Part shown: piece by piece, positions 54,751 to 64,000 of the stretch
Position numbering within the stretch: the stretch's first letter is position 1
Layout: every line of letters begins with the position of its first letter
Source: Octopus sinensis
Lineage: Eukaryota
NCBI RefSeq assembly: GCF_006345805.1
Contig: NC_043012.1
Coordinates: 49,042,001-49,106,000 of the forward strand
Direction of reading: 5' to 3'
Length of the DNA: 64,000 nt
Translations under genes and position numbers: made by a program
The notes under the pieces: model-generated
The model's database searches: none
What the model was told of the DNA's origin: nothing
Seen by the model: the letters and a program-made list of their open reading frames with translations, nothing else

Positions 54751-55498
54751 TGCATGCTGGTTGCCTTATGTGCACTTTTCGAAAGACAAGAATTTTTTGT
54801 ATTGATACGTCTCCATGGATTATGAACTATCCTTCCCCCTAGGAACTAGCTGTAACAAAATAAAACCGATTTCACTGATAAAGTCGGAATAGTTCTCTTG
54901 TTATAGCCACAGCGTTTCGGTTATTACGCACCAGCCACAAAGTTCTGACTTCAACAACGAAAGTGAAAGTATCAGAAAATATCATTGCATAAAAAATGTT
55001 AATACTTCATCTCAGGGATCAGACTATTTGAAATAAAACTGTACTAAAGATGGTCATAAGACAGCAGTTTCTAATTTGCTAATTACAACATCAAATGACA
55101 GTTAAATGAATATCCCAATAGCAACATTTCATATTAGATTACGCAAATAAACACTTGACAATTCTTTTGTTACTAATTAATTTGTATACATATAATGTGC
55201 ATATGTCATGAAGCATTGACCTAAATTTGTCAGCTATTTTACCTGCATTGGTGACCTGAATGTTAGCGCGAATCTACATATTCATGTATCTATCTCTGGG
55301 TTCCAGAGAGTAGTGGAAAGCTAATACAATTTTGTAAACAATAACCAGATGCACAGTTTCAGAGATGTGTTTGATAAGATTAGAATTGTCACGTTGTGCC
55401 TTTGCATTCATTGGATGAATTTAAAAAGGTTGTTTGCTGAAACTGGTTAAGGAAGTTATAGATTAACCAATGAGACAAAACAGGAGCGTTTAGCTTAC

Positions 55499-55578
55499 CT
55501 GGTAAGAAATATCGGTCAAATGACTTCCTGTTTGTACTTTACTATCGTAAAAATGGAAAGACTTTTGGCTAAAGTAGT
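55499..55578 (-). CDS. Candidate minus-strand exon (xYFSQKSFHFYDSKVQTGSHLTDISYQ), phase 1 to 0
   Basis: Acceptor ccaattatttgttctccag, consensus donor CAG|gtaagc; only one frame is open. Confidence 0.25.
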
Positions 55579-55914
55579 CTGGAGAACAAATAATTGGTTA
55601 TGATTTGAATGCCTTTCATCATGACGTCTACTTCTTCAAGGCAGATATTGTGCTAAACAGCATCATTGTTATCAACAACATAACAAAAAAACTAAAAAAT
55701 AACTCCATATTTACTTGGAAAGTCACATTACAGTTTTTAGCAAATTAATTTGCGTGTATTCAAGAAATTTTAAATCTTTAGGCAAAAGATCAATCCCATT
55801 CAAAGATGCTCACATTTAGTTGTTGTTTTCCTAACATTTCAATATATATATATAATATATATATACACACACATATATATATGTGTGTGTGTGTGTGTAT
55901 GTGTGTGTGTGTGT

Positions 55915-55946
<32 letters not shown>

Positions 55947-56734
55947 CTTACAAAGGAATAGAACCTTAAAACAAGTATTTATTTTTATTATATAATGTAA
56001 ATAGTGAACAATAACGTCGATGATTACAGCATTCCCAAAGACTGAATAATGATTTCTAACAATGAGACTCTATATTATGTGTTTCTTTAGGCATTTGCAG
56101 TGCTATAATTATTGTTTCTATCACTAATAGCTTATTTTCTGTTGAATCGTCTACAAACATAAAGTCAATGAAGACGAACAAACAAAAATATAAACACATC
56201 AATGATGACCTGAAAGTCGAATAGTGGACATTCAAATTTGGTGGTAACGTCGATAAAAATTATAAAGTGTATATCTACTATAATAAGGCATCTTCAAAGG
56301 GTGACAGCTCCTGAAGATGCACCAGTGCAAGTCCACGAGCGTTGGTGATGAATTTAGGAAACTTTTCGTTCAACACAAAGTACAGAAGTCACGAAAGATT
56401 TGGGAAAGACTAAATAAGAAATTAACAAAATGAGAATACAGTCGTATTTTTAATACAACACAGATATACGCACGTACATATATGTATGCGTGCTTCTGTT
56501 TGTGTGTGTGTGTGTGTGAACGTGCGCCTGCTTCTTCGACCTTGAGTTTCTCTCTTACAATGTGAGAAATAAGTTACGAGGTTACCTTTGTATCTCCATA
56601 ACCTAGAGATTTGGTAGAAAGAGCGACAAATAAATAAGTACTGGCTCAATTTCATTGAAAAACCTTTCAAAAAGTACAAATGTTTGGTCACAAGCAAATG
56701 ACTGAAAAATGTTAAAGAATAGACGTGTACCGTA

Positions 56735-56960
56735 TATTTTAAGTCTGGTACATATTTTATCGGCCTCATTTGCCGAGCCCCTAGGTACGGGGGCGTCAAC
56801 AAAACAACACCGTCTGTCAAGTGGTAGTGGGATGACAAACACAGACACAAGGCTTACAGACCACAACACAAACACACTAGATATATACGACAGGCTTCGA
56901 TACAGTTTCTGCCCAGCAATATCAAGAAAAGAGCTTCTTAACCACAAAGACGTGGCTGCA
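56735..56960 (-). mobile_element. SINE family 1, diverged
   Basis: Reverse match (tttgccgagcccctagg, caggcttcgatacagtttctgcc). Confidence 0.7.
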
Positions 56961-57057
56961 TCTACACACACACACACACATAATTCATACATACATACAT
57001 ACATACATACATACATACATACATACATAGAGACAGACAGACAGACATATATATGTA

Positions 57058-57100
<43 letters not shown>

Positions 57101-57111
57101 ATATATACATA

Positions 57112-57166
<55 letters not shown>

Positions 57167-57394
57167 ATATATATATATATGGATCTATATATGTATATAT
57201 ATGGTTTCGGTGCGAATGGTTTGTTTTACGGAGCCGTATTTTACAATCCTGTAAATAATAATAATGGTGTTTTTACATAAGCTTAAAGCTTATGGCGATC
57301 ACCGTGCAATGACTAAGGAAAATAATCTAATAACGGGGCATATAAACCCCCGACAGAGAAAAGAAGGCGTGTATATATATATATTTTCATCCGT

Positions 57395-57565
57395 CTTCCC
57401 TTCTCTGGATCTTTCCTTTTCCCATTTTCTTGACGAAGAGCTCCGCCCGAAACATTAACCCTCCTTCTTTCCTTCCTCCTGCGCATCCAATAATACTATT
57501 TTGTTCAACGTCCTCGCGTTGTTGTGTTTTCTCTTTGTGTTTTTCATGTTTTGGATTAACTATAT
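57395..57565 (+). mobile_element. PLE-type terminal repeat (family B) with degenerate HHR-like core
   Basis: cttgacgaagagctccgcccgaaacattaa; flanked by (TA)n. Confidence 0.5.
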
Positions 57566-57584
57566 ATATATATATTATATATAT

Positions 57585-59468
57585 AGGTATACAGTAAAAA
57601 ATAATTACAAACATTACAGACATGGACAAGAACATGAAACACCACAGAGACGACACAAGAACCACAGGACGGGACAATTCGAAGCCCTCAGTCATCAGTC
57701 AAGAACCAGATCATCTTAGCAATTTCGGCTGATTAATCTTGAGATTGCTCCGATATGGCCAGCCCGCCAAGCGCATTAGATCCCCTGGAAGAAACTTCGA
57801 ATGTATACAACGCGAGGACGGAAAACCGACGAAGTACACAACCAAAAATACAGAATACGTGACACCAATAAGAATACAAAACGTAAAAACAATAACGGTA
57901 AAAATAAAAAATAAAAAATAAACAACAAAACAAACACCAGGACGTAGGACAAGGTTCTTTCGACAGGACGAGTTGAGTATGGGGCTGGCTTGTGAAGTTG
58001 TGCCTAATGGCCGCGGGGAGACGAACAAATACGTGTTGCTCTGCGACTGCTGAAACGAAAAGAGCGCTCAACAGCGGCTAGCGGTCACGTGAGAACAAAA
58101 GACAGGAGAAAGGGACAGATGAAAAGAGAGAGAAGGTGGACGAGGGAGGAGAAGAAGAGACAGATCGAGGGGGCTGGAGGTGAGAGAGATAGAGAAACGT
58201 AGAAGGGGGGGGGAGACGGATGGAGAGTGAAAGGAAAAAGGAGGGGAATAGGGAGGAGAGAGAGAGAGAAAGAGACAGATTAAGAGTCGTATCAATGCTA
58301 GAGAAAAAATATACTTATCGTATAAGGACAATTGTGGATACGTAGCCGCCGATTATATAGGTAAACAGTAAAAATAATTACAGACATGGACAAGAACATG
58401 AAACCACCACAGAGACGACACAAGAACCACAGGACGGGACTTCGAAGCCCTCAGTCATCAGTCAAGAACCAGATCATCTTAGCAATTTCGGCTGATTAAT
58501 CTTGAGATTGCTCCGATATGGCCAGCCCGCCAAGCGCATTAGATCCCCTGGAAGAAAGCTTCGAATGTATACAACGCGAGGACGGAAAACGAACGAAGTA
58601 CCCAAACCAAAAATACAGAATACGTGACACCAATAAGAATACAAAACGTAAAAACAATAACGGTAAAAATAAAAAATAAAAAATAAACAACAAAACAAAA
58701 CCAGGACGTAGGACAAGGTCTTTCGACAGGACGAGTTGAGTATGGGGCTGGCTTGTGAAGTTGTGCCTAATGGCCGCGGGGAGACGAACAAATACGTGTT
58801 GCTTCTGCGACTGCTGAAACGAAAAGAGCGCTCAACAGCGGCTAGCGGTCACGTGAGAACAAAAGACAGGAGAAAGGAACAGATGAAAAGAGAGAGAAGG
58901 TGGACGAGGGAGGAGAAGAAAGAGACAGATCGAGGGGGCTGGAGGTAGAGAGATAGATAAACGTAGAAGGGGGGGAGACGGATGGAGAGGGAAAGAAAGG
59001 AAGGGGAATAAGGGAGGAGAGATAGAGAGAAGAGACAGATTAAGAGTCGTATCAATGCTAGAGAAAAAATATACTTATCGTATAAGGACAATTGTGGATA
59101 CGTAGCCGCCGATTATATAGGTAAACAGTAAAAATAATTACAGACATGGACAAGAACATGAAACACCACAGAGACGACACAAGAACCACAGGACGGGACA
59201 TTCGAAGCCCTCAGTCATCAGTCAAGAACCAGATCATCTTAGCAATTTCGGCTGATTAATCTTGAGATTGCTCCGATATGGCCAGCCCGCCAAGCGCATT
59301 AGATCCCCTGGAAGAAAGCTTCGAATGTATACAACGCGAGGACGGAAAACGAACGAAGTACACAACCAAAAATACAGAATACGTGACACCAATAAGAATA
59401 CAAAAACGTAAAAACAATAACGGTAAAAATAAAAAATAAAAAATAAACAACAAAACAAAACCAGGACG

Positions 59469-59470
<2 letters not shown>
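57585..59470 (-). repeat. Tandem array of ~2.4 copies of a 760-774-bp PLE family C terminal unit
   Basis: Unit starts aggta(t/a)acagtaaaaataatta at 57585, 58359 and 59119; (TA)n on both sides. Confidence 0.92.
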
Positions 59471-59508
<38 letters not shown>

Positions 59509-59516
59509 ATATATAT

Positions 59517-59948
59517 AGGAGTGGCTGTGTGTGGTAAGTAGCTTGCTAAACAACCACATGGTTCCGAGTTCAGTCCCACTGCGTGGAATCTGGGCAAGGT
59601 ATAAGTGTATTCTGCTATAGCCCCAGGCCGACCAATGCCTTGTGAGTGGATTTGGTAGACGGAGACTGAAAGAAGCCTGTCGTATATGTATATATATATA
59701 TATATGTGTGTGTGTGTATGTGTGTATATGTTTGTGTGTCTGTATTTGTCCCCCTAGCATTGCTTGACAACCGATGCTGGTGTGTTTACGTCCCCGTCAC
59801 TTAGCGGTTCGGCAAAAGAGACCGATAGAATAAGTACTGGGCTTACAAAGAATAAGTACCGGGGTCGATTTGCTCGACTAAAGGCGGTGCTCCAGCATAG
59901 CCGCAGTCAAATGACTGAAACAAGTAAAAGAGTAAAAGAGAAAGAGTA
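59517..59948 (+). mobile_element. SINE family 1
   Basis: Full-length match. Confidence 0.92.
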
Positions 59949-59975
59949 ATATATATATATATACATACGCATATA

Positions 59976-60851
59976 CGGGGTGTTATCAAAGAGTTTCTCG
60001 ACTAGCTCTTAGTGCGCCAACGGATGGCAGCACACGGCTGCATGCAAAGTGTGACCTAGCAGTGTACCGAGTGACATCCCTGTGTTTGCTTCGCCAGTTG
60101 TAAAATTTGTGTTTTTGTGATCTCATGTATGCTGTAGTCTGCAATTTTGTTGTGGAATGGAAGAAAGAGCCAACGTAAATTTTGCTTGAAACTTGTGAAG
60201 TCTGCTATAGAGACAATAAGCATACTTCGACAAACTTACGGCGACGAGACAATGGGTTGTACGCAATGTTTCGTGTGACACGGGTGCTTCAAAAGCGGAA
60301 AAAACATTCCTAGAAGAGGATGAACGATCCAGAAGGCCTGCCACGAGCGTCCAGCCTCGGAAATGTTGTCCTGTGCATCGAGAATTCGTCCCACAGGGTC
60401 AGACTGTCAATCAAGAGTTTAAGAGGAGGTTCGCCGAAAGCCAACTGATATGTCGAACGCAAAGAATTGGATTCTTCAGAACGACAATGGACCCTGTCAC
60501 CGAGCTCTCTCACTCACGAATTCCTCGCCAAAAACAACATGGGGTCTCTTCTGCATCCACCCTACGCGCCAGATTTAGCACCTGCGAACTTCCATCGCTT
60601 CCCCAAATTGGAAATGCAGCTGGAAGGTCGCCGTTTTAAGATCGTTGTCGAGATCCAGAGTGAATTATAGAAGATCCTCGACTCGCTTACGGAAAAACCA
60701 CTTGGAAACCGGATTCCAAAATTAGCAGGAACGCTGGGACAAGTGTAATGTTGCGCAAGGCGACTATTTCGAAGATGATGTTAAAACATAGATAAATGAG
60801 GTATTTTTTTATTAAACGTAACTAGTCCGGGAACATTTTGATACCATAATG
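59976..60851 (+). mobile_element. Mariner (DD34D-type) transposon, internally deleted and pseudogenised
   Basis: TA-flanked imperfect ~30-bp TIRs ending gactag/ctagtc; KSAIETISILRQTYGDETMG...EEDERSRRP; HREFVPQGQTVNQEF; QNDNGPCH; HPPYAPDLAPANF..FPKLEMQLEGRRF; QERWDKC...QGDYFED. Confidence 0.93.
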
Positions 60852-61109
60852 TATATATATGCATATATGGATATACATGCGCATATACATATATATGTGT
60901 ATATAGGAGAGTATTGTAGTTCGTTTGAAGCATTGCATATTGTTTGTAAAAAATAAAAAGTTTTAAATGGTACAACAATGCACTAAAATACAGACAATGG
61001 GCTATATACTGGTGTGTAATTTAGCCATCTATAGTCTGATATGGTATTTCAGAAGAATATTGCTTCTTCAGATATTCATAGATGGAGTCGCTGCTGTATA
61101 TATAAATAC

Positions 61110-61220
61110 AAACTGGTACAAGAACGCAACACATACAAAAAACACGGATGGGACATTCGAAGCCTTCAATCTTCAGTCAAGAACCGGATCATCTGCGCAA
61201 TTTCGGCTCATTAATCTCTC
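61110..61220 (-). mobile_element. PLE family C terminal fragment
   Basis: gggacattcgaagccttcaatcttcagtcaagaaccggatcatc. Confidence 0.6.
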
Positions 61221-61324
61221 TCTCTCTCTCCTCTCTCGTCTCTCTCCTCTCTTCTCTCTAATATATATTATATATATAATCTATATCTATATATATATAT
61301 AGATATATAATATATATATATTAC

Positions 61325-61376
<52 letters not shown>

Positions 61377-61388
61377 ATACATATATGT

Positions 61389-61705
61389 GGAGGCACAATG
61401 TCCCAGTGGTTAGGTCAGCGGATCTCGTGGTCGTATGATCGCGGTTTCGATTCCCAGACGGAGCATTGCAAGTGTTTATTGAGCGAAAATACCTAAAGCT
61501 CCACGAGGCTCCGACAGAGGGTGGTGGTGAACCCTGCTGTACTCTTTCACCACAAATTTCTCTCACTGTTTCTTCCTCTTTCTGTTGTACCTGTATTTCA
61601 AAGGGCCAGCCTTGTAACACTCTGTGTCACGCTGAATCTCCCCGAGAACTACGTTAAGGGTACACGTGTATGTGGAGTGCTCAGCCACTTGCAAGTTAAT
61701 AAATG
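61389..61705 (+). mobile_element. tRNA-derived SINE family 3
   Basis: ggaggcacaatgtcccagtggttagg (A box)...ggtttcgattccc (B box)...gaactacgttaagggtacacg. Confidence 0.88.
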
Positions 61706-61931
61706 AGCTGCGACATCACTGGTGTATCGGCCTTTCACTTTCCCTTGGATAACGTTGGTGGCATGAAGAAGGGAGGCTGGTATGCATGGGCGGCTGCTGG
61801 TCTTCCATGAACAACCTTGCCCAGACTTGTGCCTCGGAGGCTAACTTTCTAGGTGCAATCTCATAGTAATTCATGACGGAAGGGGATTACAACACAATAT
61901 ACATACATACATACATACATACATACATACA

Positions 61932-61967
<36 letters not shown>

Positions 61968-63639
61968 CACGCATATATATAAGCGTATAAATTTATGAGT
62001 GTATGAGTGTATGAGTGTGTGTGCATGCATGGATGTATATACACCTAGCTTCTTGAGAAACTTGGCATAAGACCAGCCACTAGGTTTGAACTCACGAGCC
62101 ATATGTAAAAACTTGTTTGTTATTCACTGAGCCGATTTCACCTCTAGGTAAATTGAATCCAATGGAATGAAAGATTGTGTTCAAAGACAGTGCCGATATC
62201 CTGCAGAGGGATAAAAACTGACGCCACTCTAAACCGATAATCCGATATCTTATCCTGTAGGTCATCTCGCCATAGGTGATATCAGTTAATATTGACCAGC
62301 AACATATCTAGTGGACGAGAAAGACAAAAGCCGAAACCCAGCTGATGGTCCACAGTCGACGATATATATACTTAGCTTTTTGTTCTTTCCTGTTGTTTAT
62401 TATTTTGTTTTTGTGGGTGTTGTTGTTGTTTTTGTTATTGTGGTGAGTTTGTCTTAAAAGTTATTTTATCTCTTTCAAATATGTGAAGAGCAGCATCCTG
62501 ATGGAAACGATAAGACGATGATGAGAGCTTTCGACTGGCAAAGACCAAAGGTTGAGGTCAGCAGTCAAGCCGAACAGTGTCAGTATCACCTACCCCAAAA
62601 TACCACTCCCATCATCACCACTATCGCGTTCTCCACCGTCACTGCCATCGCCGACCGCCTCCGCCGGCGCCGCTACCGCCACCGCCACCACCACCACCAC
62701 CACCACGATATCTACGTGTCTGTATTTGATGTCATCTCCTGATCCTTTTGCTAAAGCATTGACCGGCAAACTCCTCTCCAAGAAACGTGACTCCTCTCTC
62801 TCCCTTTCTTTCTCTCTCTCTCTCTCTCTCCCTCCCTGTCACTCTTCCCATCATGTACTTATCTCAATTTCCTCCTTCTACTTCGAGTTCCTCCTCCGCT
62901 TCCGCCTCCTCCACTACCTGTCACCCCTTCCTCTTCGTTTCCTTCCCTCTCCACAATACACTGTGTGCTGACCTTGTGATCCCCACATAGGGCCATACAG
63001 TGGCTACTGTGCTTTCACCCTCACTCACTTTCTCGCCCTTCCTCTGTTTGCAATAACAGTCAGCTAGCTACTAGCTGCTGATCTTTAGGCCCCTATAGTT
63101 TCTCCCTGGGGACAGAAGTGTATTGAAGAAGAAATAAAATTAAAGAGAAACGAAGAACAGGAAATAAATAGAACAGTCGAGGGAAATCTTGCAATAACAA
63201 AATGGTAGCAAGTGGAATCATGGTCAGTGCTTTTAACTGATGCGTCAATGAGGAGACGCGAGTTCGAGTCCCGCTGGGCTCCAAAATATCAACTTTATGT
63301 ATATGCTTTTCTTTTGCGCTTTATTCGGCATTGGCAAGTTTAAAATATATGAAACTGAACGGCTAAGGATAGTAATATATATAAAGAAAATAATGTTTTT
63401 ATTTCTGTCTCTTCTTTATACTCAAATGGGATTGACAGATGGTGTGAGAGGGTTTGACAGAAAGAAACACACTCACATAAACACAAACATTATATATGAG
63501 TGTGTGTGTGTGGAAAGAGAGAGAGAGGGAGAGAGAGAGACAGGAGAAGTGGATAATAAATGGAAAATGAGTAAAAGATAACGTGGTGTCTCCAAATGAA
63601 AATATGAATAAAAGCAACGAGACTGAAAAGAAATCCGGT

Positions 63640-63768
63640 TCAAATTTCGCCGAAGTCGACCTTGCCTTTCATCCTTTCGGGGTCGATTATATAAATACCA
63701 GTTACCCACTGGGGTCAATGTAATCGATTTAATCCCCTCCCACAAACTGTCTTTGTAAAATTTTGAAA
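63640..63768 (+). mobile_element. SINE family 2, 3' part, followed by (ATC)/(ATT)n
   Basis: caaatttcgccgaagtcgaccttgcctttcatcctttcggggtcgat. Confidence 0.85.
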
Positions 63769-63819
63769 TCATCATCATCATCATTATTATTAATATTATT
63801 ATTATTATTATTATTATTA

Positions 63820-63862
<43 letters not shown>

Positions 63863-63871
63863 TATTATTAT

Positions 63872-64000
63872 TAACGTGGTGCGCTTGTAGAATTGTTTGA
63901 CTTTGGACAATACGCTTACCGTACTTCGCCCGTCTTTTCATTCAGGTTCTGCCGAAGTCGGCTTTGTGTTTCGTCCTTTCGGGGTTGAATAAAATAAGTA
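63872..64000 (+). mobile_element. SINE family 2, runs off the window end
   Basis: ttctgccgaagtcggctttgtgtttcgtcctttcgggg. Confidence 0.75.

Noticed and set aside
56305-56345. cctgaaga-tgcac/gtgca, as a possible hammerhead
   Set aside because: GAAA is missing after the stem
57585-59470. Tandem array as a CRISPR-like array
   Set aside because: Whole units repeat with no unique spacers, and the context is eukaryotic
62130-62150. ttcacctctag|gtaaat as a recursive splice site
   Set aside because: A single short motif with a weak pyrimidine tract; not distinguishable from chance without RNA data
63204-63283. tRNA-like sequence ending gagttcgagtcccgctgggctcca
   Set aside because: Has a B-box and T-arm-like 3' part but no pairing acceptor stem or anticodon arm; at most a decayed tRNA or SINE head

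Overview
AT-rich, microsatellite-saturated animal genomic DNA. The SINE families and repeat landscape fit a coleoid cephalopod (Octopus-like); this is an inference, not a database result. No long intact protein-coding gene is visible, and nearly all ORFs in the supplied track are microsatellite artefacts or reads through SINEs. Recognisable content: about 30 tRNA-derived SINE copies of three families; decayed retroelements (Ty3/Gypsy gag-PR-RT, a Dong/R4-like LINE fragment beside (TAA)n, a Tx1/L1 zf-RVT fragment, several Penelope-like element [PLE] GIY-YIG fragments and many PLE terminal repeats lodged in (TA)n); decayed DNA transposons (two Tc1/mariner, hAT-Charlie MITEs, a Helentron/Lep1-type element). 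The most interesting signal is a set of hammerhead ribozyme (HHR) motifs. One has a complete type I core inside a ~490-bp terminally redundant, retrozyme-like unit (35142-35657). Two more intact copies sit in the arms of a ~640-bp inverted repeat around a PLE endonuclease remnant (14246-15938). There are also minimal and variant cores, a 2.4-mer tandem array of a PLE-end unit, and an ~790-bp fold-back palindrome. A chain of small, phase-compatible plus-strand exons may be a host gene with long introns (low to moderate confidence). Repeat boundaries were read by eye and are approximate to within tens of bases unless a TIR or TSD is given.
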